A DNA stretch of 45,432 nucleotides from Sphaeroforma arctica JP610 (GCF_001186125.1 NW_014040335.1:51357-96788); one strand, 5' to 3'. Counted from the stretch's first letter, positions 30,064-43,779 are shown. Numbers and translations: made by a program. Notes: a model not told the origin generated them from the letters alone.

Positions 30064-30323
30064 CATTGGTTACAAGAATAAGCAAAAAGCGTACACCAAA
30101 ATACGCCAATCAAAATAAATATATATTTCCATGACTCACCGACTAGTGCAAACTAAATACCTAGTTCGCGAATATACGAAGCTTGACGTCATAGCGCTTG
30201 TGATACGTTTTCCCTTTTTTTTGGCTGCAACCCCTAATGACCTGATATTTATTCGAAGTAATTGAGGAAATGTAGGGAAACTTTTTTTAGTAAAAAACAT
30301 TCATTGGATAGATCCTATTGGTT
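30064..30323 (+). promoter_or_regulatory. Candidate proximal promoter of the bZIP gene: AP-1 site, CRE site and four CCAAT boxes
   Basis: TGACTCA at 30132-30138, TGACGTCA at 30184-30191, and CCAAT/ATTGG near 30065, 30106, 30303 and 30317, all 270-530 nt upstream of ATG 30593. Function is inferred from motif match only. Confidence 0.5.
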
Positions 30324-30592
30324 CGATCGACAGAAAGTCAGGATTTTGCGCAAGCATTTTTCATTTTTTGAGTTTTTGAATTTGTGGTGTGGGTTTTTTG
30401 CTGAAAACCCCCTCGCCCTCAAATAAATGGCTTCAAGAAACATTCATAGGAATATCATTTCGGTGCACCAAAGAATATAGTATATCCAGAAATATATACA
30501 GAACGCATTTGCATCACCAACCCACAATTAATACTAACCTATTCTTGGTATTGTATATACTTATTGTGTGAAGTTTCACTCAAATACACAAA

Positions 30593-31666
30593 ATGGTGGC
30601 TGCGCATAGAACCGAAAACATTGACTTCAACGAAACTAACCCACCTGTGATACCAGGTTTGCCCATGCCTGACGAGTTAATCTGTCGCCAGGCTAAGCGT
30701 GCGCAAAAGGGTACTAAAGCACGGCCTGAACAAAACAAGCAAGCAGCACAGAAGATCAGAAACCGTAAGAAAGCATACGAGAAGTACCTCAAAGATGCGA
30801 CCGAATTCTTCACAAGCGAGAATACGTTAGTGCAAAGTAGATTAGATGCGGGCAATGAATATATAGAAGAGCTCGAGTCTGAGGCCCAAAGATTAAGAAT
30901 ACAGATCAGGGATACGATGGCGGAGTATATGCGGACTGAGGTTGTGGAAGATGAAAATGATAGCTCTAGGGATATGTATAGATCGGCATTGTTTGATACG
31001 AAAATACCTACCACAAGGGGGGGTAAATATTCCCATCGGAGTTCAACAAGCAGTGAACATCGCGGAATATCAACTTCAAGGATATTTGGTAGCTGCGACG
31101 AACCCAATACACCGGTACATATGGGCATAGAGGAGCCGAACAACTATGAACTCAGGATACACAGCAAGAGCAGGGTCTATAAACCTGACTTGGATCCTGG
31201 AGTGGCCCTCTATCAAGGAGACCGTACATCGTGTGCTACCACAAATATGGCGAGTTCGGTGATTATTAGTAATAATCCTATAGACTGTGCATACGGCAGT
31301 ATGTGTTTGCAGAATGCGGATGAGGAAAGTGACAGTGGTGTTGAAGATCTAGACGACGACTTAGGGTCGGACGTAGAGGTGGATGAAGGCGCCGGGGATT
31401 TGGATGACGTTGAGGTGGTTGCTACGCCAATAAGCCCATTGACTGCTATTGACGGCAACAATGGAGATATACCCCAACGTTCAGATGCGGGTTCATCCCA
31501 CGACATGGATGCGGGTATGGATATGGATGTGGATTTAAATGGGGATATAGAAGCGCAGATAGTGGAAGACTCGGATGATCTGCAGTCGGATACCGAGTAC
31601 GATGGATTCAGGTACTTCTACATCCGTAAATCCATCAAGCCTTCTTTAATCATGTCCCGACAATGA
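30593..31666 (+). CDS. bZIP-domain transcription-factor-like protein with acidic C-terminal region (357 aa ORF)
   Basis: ARPEQNKQAAQKIRNRKKAYEKYLKDATEFFTSENTLV fits the bZIP signature N-x7-R-x9-L, followed by a degenerate zipper (L, F, V) and a second coiled stretch YIEELESEAQRLRIQI. The C-terminal third is D/E-rich. A possible donor CAG|gtact near 31611 could extend the gene. Confidence 0.72.
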   Translation: MVAAHRTENIDFNETNPPVIPGLPMPDELICRQAKRAQKGTKARPEQNKQAAQKIRNRKKAYEKYLKDATEFFTSENTLVQSRLDAGNEYIEELESEAQRLRIQIRDTMAEYMRTEVVEDENDSSRDMYRSALFDTKIPTTRGGKYSHRSSTSSEHRGISTSRIFGSCDEPNTPVHMGIEEPNNYELRIHSKSRVYKPDLDPGVALYQGDRTSCATTNMASSVIISNNPIDCAYGSMCLQNADEESDSGVEDLDDDLGSDVEVDEGAGDLDDVEVVATPISPLTAIDGNNGDIPQRSDAGSSHDMDAGMDMDVDLNGDIEAQIVEDSDDLQSDTEYDGFRYFYIRKSIKPSLIMSRQ

Positions 31667-32658
31667 CATGCGACAGGGAGGATGAATGAATTATGTTATC
31701 CAACGGGAAACTAAACTAATATAAGTGAGTCCCTAGTTGTCCAGGACTATAGGCGTAAGAGTGAATATTTGCAATCACTAGAGGACCGTCGCTAGTCTGC
31801 CATAAATTGATCCGAACAAGCATTGAACACCAAACCACCGTATGGACCGAACAAGAGGTCAAACCACGGCAAACCACGGCACTATCAAAGAAATCCGAAT
31901 AGGGAACCTTAAACCAGGGAAGAAGAACGACAACGTCCTATACTTCGCAAAAAAAAGTACACGTTAACGCATGAAAATATTATACTGCAGGAGCAGTAAA
32001 TAAACAGTGAAACATTAAAAAAAAATAAAGACTTGACAGGGGGAATTTTGCAATCGCATGATCGCTCTATTTTGATATCTCCCCCAACATATCGTTGTAT
32101 CGGTATACCTTCCTCTGTATAGCATTTGTTGGAAACTTGATTTTTAAAACATACACTTCCACCAGGCAGTGAAGGCTCTCCTAATAAATCGATATTCATT
32201 CATGAAGGTGTCAGAATTACACTCCTGGCTTCAAATATATTCTTGAGCAGGGCATCATTTAACTTTAATCCAATCATAAACATTTATTTGCCATGTCTGA
32301 CTTGCATAGTAACTAATAAACATTGTGATTTCTGAACATGTATCTGAGTAATACAGATGGCATATTGTCCGACAACACATTCATAGTTAATTCATACTAT
32401 ATGCATATAATAAGTACTTACAACAACTATGTACAAACTTTTTCATACCGCCCTTGAGCTGTGCATGCACCGTATCGTCTGTGAACCCAATTCCGTTTTA
32501 CATTTATACGGCATGGCTATGAAATATGAAATAGTCAGTGAACCCGATTTCGCTATACTTTATACGGCACGGCTATGAGGCTATGAAATATGAGTTAGTC
32601 GCACGTTTTCGTATGTGTTCAAATTTATATTGTTTATATTTCATAGTTAGCGCTTGGA

Positions 32659-35600
32659 TCAGCCCTCATCGAGCTTTTTAGTCAGCTCTTTCGCATCAAT
32701 CGCCTTGCCATTGGGCTGTGCTTGCTTTTCTGTACACTTCAGATCATCGTCCATAAACCATGCACCGACTGTCTGGAACGCCTCGATCTTGCGGTAGAAT
32801 TTGGACTGTAAGGGATGGAAACAAGTATTTTAACATATCTTTCCCAGTTTTTATTCATTCTGTATATTTAGACGGTTTTGGATATTGATGAGATAGAATT
32901 TCTGTTTCCGAATGTCAGCTAATTGTAGTTTGTCCTTGTAGCACCAAACTCTAAAGACAAAGACGTTTTGCACCGAACTACATATCTTTATATTCAATTG
33001 TACACGATTTGGACAAGATTGTGGTGGGCCTACTGTAATGCTTGTCAGATAACCGATGAATATTGGCCATTCTATGTTTTTGCGTCGGGTTGTGAACGCT
33101 TGTTGTCTGACGTGCGCCTGTATATTCACACTCGCTAGTTTCAAAGTCATGCGCTTGCGAACGTTTACGAATGAGATTCACATAACTAAATATAGAGATG
33201 AACATGCATGGTTGTATCGCAGTAGTAGTTGGTGGCCTCATCAGATGTAGCGTACAATATCCTATGGGGTGAATGCCGCGAGAACAACCCTGAACAATTT
33301 TGCTACAAAGATTAAAGCAGTCTTCCAACCAAATACATTCCCTGCAAGCCTCCTACATAGATATCTAAGAATAAGCTACAAGAAAGACGTGCCCAAACTT
33401 ATTTAGACACGTGCAAATAGGTATGCAAAAGCCGTAAGTGGGACCAATACCTTCATATAGTTGGCATGTAGCACCACGGGAGCGTCATCACCAAAGACTC
33501 GCCTATACCTAGCATTCGCAAGAAAGTAGATTCCGCCGTTCGGAAAGTCTCTGGGATGGAAGTAACACATTTTGACACCTCCTGGCGTTATATGTTCCCT
33601 TTTGCCTGACGTTCCTTTACTCTCCACTGATAAGCAAAAAATAATTTGGAAGGTGAAAAGTTCTGTGAGCCATAGATTAAATACGATACTTAACTAGATA
33701 TGTTTGAATGTATGTATGTATGTATTATGTGTACTTGTATACATATATGTATGTATGCATGTATTTATGTATGTCTGAATGTATATATATATATATATAT
33801 ACATATATGTATACAAGTACACATAATACATACATACATTCAAACACATATATATATATATATATGTNNNNNNNNNNNNNNNNNNNNGCTCATACATATA
33901 TATATACATATACATATATATATGTGTGTGTGTGTGTGTGTGTATCTTTGCAGTTTACACTATGCATCTCCTTCTATTGCCAAACCGTGTAGACTTAGTC
34001 CGCCACATACGCATACATATCTACATCATCAGTCACTTCTTGTTACATTAAGTGTCTGCATCGACGTACCTAATGAAGACCCATCCAAATCAGACGGGTA
34101 ATAGAAAGGTGTATTTGTTCTGGGATCGAAAACGTGGTAGTCTTTGTACTCCACCAGGCGCTTGAGAGCCGTTCGGAGTGCCTGCTGCTCTCGCGCCCCC
34201 TCTTCACAGTTGAACGCCGCAAGCCACGCATCGTACAATCGCAGCACAGGGGCAGATGGTTTGACAAAGTACACACCACAGTTAAAGCTGTTGTGTTCCC
34301 CTCGGAACTGTTCGTAGTCGAAGACGTCCTATAAGGCAAAGCATGTGTGGTGCATTCGTGGTGAGATCGTGTTGTTTGCATCACGTGAGCTTGAGTGTTT
34401 GGGCCTCATATCGGGTGCGAGCCGCAGGTCATACGTCCACAAACAGGCATCGCACAGTCGCACAGACGCGGAATGGGGATCTGAGACCACAAGTCCCAAT
34501 GTGAAGCATACAGCCCCTACGAAATAAGTACGGCTTGGACACAAACGCGACTTGCTACTATTACTTTTAACATTTAGTAGTCTGGCGCCCACGCCTTCTT
34601 CGATTGATAAGAAGTATCATGCAATGGATTGTTGACCTCTGCTTACTGGCGAGGACAATCAATCTCAGGAAAGTTAAGCCGCTCTGTCATATAGAACATG
34701 CATTGTGTGCGCCACTTGGTAGGCGCTTTCTTTTGAGTCCTGTGGCCATTCGCCCGTACCTACACTCGCAGGACTTACAAACATGTGTTGTGTGCAACTA
34801 ATCCCCTTGCACCTCAAAAAATGGTGTGCGTGCTTGTGCATTAAAGAAAACTATCTAGAAGTACCTTTGGATCGGGCTGGAATTGCATGTCGCATTGGTT
34901 TTTCAGTTGAACACTCTGTGTGATGCTCCGTAGTACGGCCGTATCCGCGTCGGCCACCATAACTTCATACCCCAGATCAAGAATTGCACGCACTGTGCTG
35001 AGCTGAATTCCAAAACAAAAACGGATGTCGTAGTGAAATTCAGGTCAATACAATATCCGATTTCAAGACAAAATTCGATAGGAGCAGTTCCGGACGACGA
35101 CTGGGACACATTCACAATCGTGTTTTCGGACCTCGGAATCATACTGCAGTGTTTAAAAAACCGCATGGCGTGTTACGCACGCGGAGAAGCGCCGAATGTT
35201 GGCCCACCACTTATGTGGGTTGTATCTGCCAGAGTCTGTGTCTCACTCATGTCGTCTCCGAGTGGGCGTGTGCATTAACCAGCAACAGCGACCAGTGCAC
35301 GCGGGGTGAGATTGCTGAACGTGAATTGTCTGCTTACAGCACAACCGCACGCGTAGCTGGTACACTCCGGGGAACAACCAAGCCAATCCAACTACAAAGA
35401 CCACAGAGTGCCGGCATGAGCAACAAACTATATTGCACAGGTTGACATGAATCGTGTTTGTTTATGTTCCAAGCTTATGTGTGCATATGTACAACCATCG
35501 AGTCACACACACGAATTATCATGCAGTCCATGCATGTCATGCACACCTTGATATGCATCAGGTTCCGCCACACGAGCTCCTTATTATCATCGTCCAGGGC

Positions 35601-37744
35601 AAAGTTTGAGGTCATATTATCGCCCAGCAGCGTAGTGTCATAGTACGAGTGCGGGCTCTTACTACCGAATGTTTTAGCCACATCATCCGCTGTGATTTTG
35701 TCGTACGCAATGACTATCCAATTACTGTGGTGTCTCTGCAGAACAAGATGACAGACAATGCGATGTAATCGCAAGTATTAAACGTTTTCTCCAAGTATGC
35801 AAAAGTGTGCCCTGAGATATTTAGTATCGTCTGGTGATGATAGTTTAACGAATAGGTAGGGGAGGTGCATTGTGATGGGGAGGTCAGAACCCAAAAGCAG
35901 TCCACCTGGCCTAGACAGTTTCATGTGGCAAGTATGGCTCAGTAATGTATTCTTTCGCGTCTTGCAGTTGCCACCTTGGACACAGTTGTATGATACGCGG
36001 TATGTAATCTCGACATATGCACCCATTACAATCCACAGTAAGACTGGATACGTTCCGTTTGCTCCTCTGGGAAACGTACTTGAGGACTACTAATGTCAAG
36101 AACCTTTACATGATATCATATCTCCGGCATTTTCACTGTGATATAACCATCATACCTTAAGCGAGCATCCGAAATTTCTCAACAATATCCTCTGGTTTTC
36201 CGATGCAAACGTGACAATGATCATATTGTCTATAGCCCTCTGTTTGAGGAGATTCTCGAGTGTCTGTCCGTTTCTGTCGAACTGTGAGCGATGCGAAGCC
36301 ACGGCGAATGATTGTTTCGTCAGTCTTAGTCCTCCAGATGCTTTTTTGTGCATTTGTGTTTGCATAAAATAACACAATAAATCAACATGTATCACAGATA
36401 AATCCGCAAACAACGGAATTGGTTGTGTATCCAATGATGCCTGCAGCGTCGTAGGCCAGGTATCATAATGCACGCCACCAAGTGCAAGTGACACATTTCA
36501 TGCAAATCACCACAATCTGCCTATTCCTGAGATAATGAAGCAATCGCCCTGTGCAGCGTTTGTACTTGGGCATATTCCTGTTTAATAGCTTGTCCTATCA
36601 TTGAATACTGCAAGCTAGTCACGGCTTAACGGTAACTCCAGAGCATTGGTCACGCAAACATCACCAGACGTGGAATACAATGTGATATCGACGAAGTCCA
36701 CATTACATTTATAAACTCAGCTCATGGCTGCACAACGGAATACGACATCATGCTACGAGGGCCAAACCTTGTCGAATGACTTCTACTGAAGACATGCACC
36801 TGGGAGAGCCCAGATACCAACCATACGTCCTAGACCAGGCAGTCATACATTACGCAACATACTAACACGACATCCGCGATATCCCTTGTGGCATAGTACC
36901 TTCCTCTTCTGCAGTTGGTGTTCTGGGGCGACCGGGTGGCACGGCAGTGGCGGTGGATTCTTCAGACCCTCTCGTTCAGCCGCAGACAGGGCTGGCGACC
37001 AAGGCGCTAACGGTAGTCTCTCTCTCATCCTGATTGTTTCTGATTAGGTGCACACAAACATAGCAAACTCTGAGAAGTGTGGCCACGAGCCGTTCACTTC
37101 GGGCTTGATAAGTGATGGAAACACCAATGATCTCAAATGTCCTTGGACAGGAAACCATTTTACCGCCATTTACAGAATGGAAGCATGATAATATACACAG
37201 CCCTCACACGCGGAAACATTGTTGCAAGATTATTTTTGCGAATAAGATCATGCGATGCATGTGGTCTCGAGGCTCTGAGGCATCAAATGAACTGACAATG
37301 GAATCCACCATGACTACTCCTCGTCATGAGCTCGTCATGAGTCAGGTAAGTCCGTGCAAGAGAATAAGTACGATATACACTCGAATATACCTGATACGGG
37401 CTACCATAATCAAAGATGCAGGATCATAACAAACTCTGCATATGTAACACAGGTGCATATGGTACTCTGCTACTTTCAATACTATATGAAGCAATACGTA
37501 TTGTCTCTATATAAACCGTGGTGAAAAACACGTACAGATGCAACACATGAACAGACATATCTGATGTATTACCTATTTTCCTGTATTTGTATACAATAAT
37601 AAGAACCAGAAACCCAATAAGCATCACGGATCGGCGGTCTCTCAATGTGCGATGCACAAAGCGGATAGACCCAGCAATCATTGAGCGAACACTACTCGAG
37701 CGTGAAGACTGATAAGACATTTGTGGCGATGACTCCCAGGGCAT
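32659..37744 (-). CDS. Nucleotide-diphospho-sugar transferase (GT77-like, GT-A fold), type II membrane protein, multi-exon
   Basis: Clear exons 35735-35547, 35002-34865, 34328-34070, 33625-33451, 32805-32659, plus one ending at 36156. The 5' exons (37744 to about 37573 with TM segment MLIGFLVLIIVY, and about 37029-36900) have unresolved junctions. Motifs: MIIVTFASEN, ILDLGYEVMVADADT (DxD), FNCGVYFVK, EQQAL, DFPNG, VVLHANY, KIEAFQTVGAWF. Confidence 0.85.
33697..33943. repeat. (AT)n/(TG)n/(TATG)n microsatellite with a short N gap, in a glycosyltransferase intron
   Basis: Directly visible. Confidence 0.9.
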
Positions 37745-37819
37745 CCGCCGACTGGCAGAAAGCCTGCTTTCAAGTGGTATAATATATTCTCTTGCATTAA
37801 GAAACATATTTCATTTATA

Positions 37820-38715
<896 letters not shown>

Positions 38716-39476
38716 TATGATTTGTATCGGGTAATATATATATATAATGTACAAGCACTTGGGCTATGTGGTAGTCTTATAAGTGCTCAACGTGCCGCTT
38801 AATTTTTTTAGAATACAAACTTGCGCATATAATAGTCGTACCTGGAAGTCATAGTGTGTGACAGCTTGACGTTGTCAGTGTAGTGAAGTGGCTTTTGTTT
38901 AGGCTTATGAATTACGTTGCCTTATCTCCCAAATATCTCTGTTGATTTTCAAAACGTGAGAGGTGTATGGGATTTCGATACTTCTATATCCTTAAGTAGT
39001 GTGTTTTAGCATAGACCAAAGGTTGGCAGCCTGTGCCTTAGTACTGTAAGGTCAGGCACCAGGCAAACAGTGTAGAGTGAACACTTGGATTGAGTACGAA
39101 TATGAGCCTATAACAAATTTATGATGTATTTCTCTTGCGTACATCCGGTGGTATTGCATCGGCCTGAGCTGTGAGCATCATATTTACACAAAAAATGCAT
39201 GAAATTATTACGTCATGCACAAATAGCCATAGATACTATGACGTATACCTCGACTGTTTTGTGAGGCTACGAACATTTATTTTAAAATTTACATTTGTAA
39301 CGTACGAGAGTCCAGACTCCCAGGATCAATATATAACGTTTAGGGCCACCCCCACACACCATAGTATAACATTCGGTTTTTAGAATTATACCTTATCACA
39401 ATATACGACTATAGTCATACACATATCGCCGAGTTTCGAATCTAGTTCTGATTACATAGGAGGAGATCGTCCCATC

Positions 39477-42400
39477 ATGAGCATCATACTCGCCGGTGCT
39501 GGTCCCGGAGACCCTGAGCTGCTCACAATCGCAGCCATGAAAGCTTTGGAGAATGCAGAGCTGGTGGTGTCCGACAGGTATTTGAATCACTGTAAACACG
39601 GAGTGTGTATAATTAATGGTACACACGTCTACGAATATGTATGTATATAAGTAAGTGTGGTTACCTATTTTGGAGCCATGAAGGCTATGTAGAATGCACA
39701 GCTGGTGATTTCCGACACGTAAGTGAATCACTATAATCATAGCGTATGTGTATTCAATGGTAAATGCGTGCACTGATGCATATATATATATACAAATACG
39801 TGTGCTTACTCACTTTGCAGTCATGATGGCTTTCGATAATGTACAGCGTAGGTAAATCGCTATTAACATGGCATGTGTGTATTCATTGGTACACGCGTGG
39901 ACTATTGCATGTATATATACAAGTGTGTGTGCTCAACTACTTTGCAGTCATGATGGCTTTCGATGATGTACAGCTTAGGTGAATCACTATAAACGTGGCG
40001 TGTGTGTAAATTTTTGGTGCACTCGTGTACGAATGCATGTATATATACATGTATGTGTGCTTACCTACTTTGCAATCATGGTGGCTGTGGGGAATGCACA
40101 GCTGGTGGTGTCCGACAGGTAAGTGAAACGCTCTATTTATCGCACAAGTCCACATAACTGCGCATACGTAAGCACACATGTCCGTATTCATAGTTGTACG
40201 TATACAAACAAATAAGCGACCATCTCTATATCGTAGTCATGCGAGCGTTGCATAATGTCTACTTTACAACGTGATGATGCCTCATATCACTGATGAGTAC
40301 GATCCGCGGTAACATCCAGCTGGTGTGAGCAATGAAATCGCTTCGGAAAAAATCAACTTAGTCCTTGCCATGTCCAAGACTCTCTTCGTTCTGTCCTTGG
40401 GGTGAAGGTTCATGGTGGAGGGTAGTTAGGATTTTCTACGCGACTTTGCGCAAGGAAGTCACACATACGTTGTGAGTGCGTGTTGTGAGTGCGTGCGCAT
40501 ATGGGCTCACTACGAGTGTTTGCTGAGTCTCATTTATGTGTGATTGAACTCAAGTTGCAGTAGAATCTTTCAGTTCAGCAACCATTTTTTACTTCATTTC
40601 AGCAACCATTTTTTATTTCAGTTCAGCAACCATTTTTTACTGCATATTCCGTGACTGCAGATTTGTGTGTTTGTCTAGTTGTCTGTGTAAGTACTATTGT
40701 ACTATCGAGCAGGACGATACCATGCCGCTACCGTAAGTGCGAGAACCTTCTTAAGTATACCACACCCACATACCCATACTTCGGTTTTTCCATAACCTAG
40801 AGTCGATTGCATCCGCATTCAAATTTAGTCCAGCAACTCGTGCGTACGAATAAGAACGCATATCGATATAAACTATTTTACACTATACATAAATACATAC
40901 ATACATACATACATGCATGCATACATCATCGTCTGAATATCAAAATGTTTGCTGACGCTGTACTGCTGTGCATCTATCTCAGGTTAGTGCACGCAGATAT
41001 CCTGGCCTTCGCGAAGTGCGAAGTGAAGATTGCGCTCAAAACAACAGGCCGATCTGATCCAGGTGTGCGGGTGTCTGGGTCTGGCTCTGTAAGTCTGGCT
41101 GTGTGTGCACAGAGACGTTCGTCAGTATACTTGTTATTCTTTGTATGTAACTTGTTCGACCTACTCCCCTCGATACGGTTATGTTCGATCGCAGCAGTAC
41201 GAACACTCTATCACGAGGACTAAAACTCGGCCACATGTCGTTCACTTGTACCTGGTGTATTCCCAGAGTAGAGCGCGTATCTCGGGCATGCGAAGGGTGT
41301 GTATGATTATTATTTTTTATCTTCTGAGATCAGTTCTATGACTCGTATCGTGAATGGAGACGAAACAGTGTAATCGCTTAGCAGCTTTGGGGCCATCACA
41401 GTAAGTGACTGACATCCGCTCAACATTGAGCTAACAAACTTCAGGATAGGATATTTCAAGCTGTCGCCGAGTGCACTCGATGAAACTCGTTGTTTGTATA
41501 TGTGACTTGACCTACATGTGGGCTATACGTTATAACCTTCATATCTACCGCAAGTGAAGGCATACGCGCTTGTTAACATGTGCTCGGTCAACCGCCAATA
41601 CTTGAGTTCAATTACCCTATGCTAGTACTGTTTGTCTATTCCACGTGTGTGGTTGCCTAAAATGGACCGGACTGTGTCAAGTAGTCTAAATTAGGCTTGG
41701 CGCTTGAATCCAAACCTGTGCCCAAGTGTAAATTTCAAACGGCTTCATATCAATCGCAAGTGAAGGAATACGCGCTTGTTAACATGTGCTCGGCCAACCG
41801 CCAATACTTGAGTTCTTTCAAATGCCCTATGCTAGTACTGTATGTCTATTCCACGTGTGTGGTTGCCTAATATGGACCGGACGGTGTCAAGTAGTCTAAA
41901 TTAGGCTTGGTTTGAATCCAAAACTGTGGCCAAGTATCAATTTCAAGCGGGGTTTGAGAGTGACGTGGTCCTTAATCCACAGAACACCGAGCAGCTTGAC
42001 AATTTCTACTGACCCACGCATTCCTCGAGAGTATTGGGACTCACGTGCGAACTTGAATCGGGGATAGTCTGACACTCATGCGGTGGTAATCTGGCACTTA
42101 TCCAGCTCAGGACGAATTAAGTGAGTGGTGTCTAGAGGGACTCGGAGCTGGGAAGCGCGTGGTAAGACTCAAAATCGGAGACCCCTTTGTGTTCGGTCGT
42201 GGAGGTGAAGAGGTGCTGTGGTACAGAGAGCGAGGGTTCGAATGCCAAATAATTCCTGGTATATGTAGCGCCCTAGCTGGTCCCTTGGAAGGTATGTACA
42301 TGCTTTGATATAGTGCTCCTATAACATAGTTCGAGAACTATACCAAGTGCGAAGTACCGTGCCTTCGTACGTGGCATGTAGTGGTCCTTTGTTTGTGTGG

Positions 42401-43581
42401 TATGAAGGTTGGTCCCTTTACTGCTGTTCTCCGGTCGTAATAACATGCTGGTTAGTGCGAAATAATTCACATACTTTTTATTTGCCTGCGGCTCGTAGTA
42501 TTAAAACATTCGGCAGTGATATATTCCGCTACTACAAGTTTGTGCCATCCGAGAATAAATTTTTAAGCTAAAATACTATCTGCTAGCTATCGTATCTCTC
42601 CTAGTGCTGTTTATATGTATTGTAGCGCGACTTTAGGTGCGAAAAACTGTCCTCTGTGTCTCATCCACCCCTGAATGTAGCTAATATGCTTCTCTCATAT
42701 TAAAACTAGCCTAGGAAGAAGCTTGATCATAACGACCACATTTTGTATTTGCCTGCAATTGCCAAACCATCTTCGATCAATTTATTAACACGCAGTGGGT
42801 ATACCAGTAACGCATCGGGGGGCCAGTGAGCAAGTGCTGATCTGTACAGGAAGAGGCAGAAATGGCACATATCCTAACATACCTGAATATGACCCGGCGC
42901 GCACGATTGTGATCCTTATGGGTGTCGGCAGGTATGTCAACCGGCTGCGTTAGTATTCAAATCGGGTATAGCTTAATTAAGGGTGTGTAGAACCTTAGTT
43001 GTCTGCAGTGGCACTTTCTGTCGTTGTTGTTTTTGTGGTTTGAATGCGTGCACAGTTTTGGGAAACATTGCTTATGGATATGCCATATTGCTCATTTGTT
43101 GGATCAGGAGAGGCGTAATGCATTTGTAGCCGATTTTCTCGATATGTATAACTGTGCTTTTGAATGAAGCTATTGAATGTGAGCTTTTCTGCTCGTGAGT
43201 GGAATTGATTATGGTGTGCGTGGTCTAAACAAGCAAAGAAATTGACACACCTTTTCCCTGAATTCCTGGAGATTTTCCCAAAAAAAAAATGATCATCGCG
43301 TAGTTAGAATGCAAGATCTATGTATTGAATCCTAAATTTGATTCGAACTATCCCCCAGGCTGGGCGAGCTTAGTGCGATGCTCATCAAGGACAAACAGTT
43401 CCCCTCGTCGACTCCCGTGAATGTCGTACAATCAGCCACCACGCCAGAGATGAAGCAGTGCATGGGCACGTTACAGGACATCGAAGACAAGGCAAAGCAG
43501 GCGGAGGTGAAGGCACCAGCCGTCATAACTATCGGTGGAGTTGTAGATGTATTACGACCTGTTGATACAGTACGCGATTAG
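39477..43581 (+). CDS. MET1: Uroporphyrinogen-III C-methyltransferase (SUMT; CobA/Met1/CysG-A type), 5 exons
   Basis: Exons 39477-39577, 40983-41062, 42106-42291, 42796-42931, 43359-43581. Motifs: [72 protein letters not shown]. An acceptor-like tag at 39457-39459 means an upstream exon cannot be excluded. Confidence 0.93.
39531..40127 (+). repeat. Five tandem 127-145-bp copies spanning the exon-1 3' end, splice donor and intron start of the methyltransferase gene
   Basis: Copies begin at 39531 (the true exon), 39672, 39817, 39944 and 40072, each gcag(c/t)catg...aatgcacagct...gtgaatcacta-like. Confidence 0.88.
40569..40640. repeat. 24-bp tandem repeat (ttcagttcagcaaccattttttac), 3 copies, intronic
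   Basis: Directly visible. Confidence 0.9.
41538..41949. repeat. Direct tandem duplication of about 205 bp in methyltransferase intron 2
   Basis: cttcatatc...gcaagtgaagg...gcttgttaacatgtgctcgg...gtcaagtagtctaaattaggcttgg...aatttcaa begins at 41538 and again at 41743. Confidence 0.92.
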
Positions 43582-43779
43582 AATATAAACTAGTAATTTC
43601 AATTCTAATCGCTCGTTGCCCCGTCACCAGTTTATAGCCAAGTAGAGTATTCAACAGTTTCCATGTTTATTCTTTGTAGTCACTTTTGTCAAGAACGTTA
43701 GCTACATATTCAATGTAGCAGTGAGGGCAGTTATACATTCGCCTCTCAATTCTGTGCTAAGTTCCTTTATATTCCTGTT

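Noticed and set aside
31909..32199. 96-aa Cys-containing minus ORF downstream of the bZIP gene
   Set aside because: No recognisable family, and I could not build a consistent exon chain.
32481..32600. Two-copy duplication of about 58 bp near the GT77 3' end (and a 28-bp two-copy duplication at about 22064-22117)
   Set aside because: Real but ordinary local duplications, with no TIR, LTR or TSD structure.
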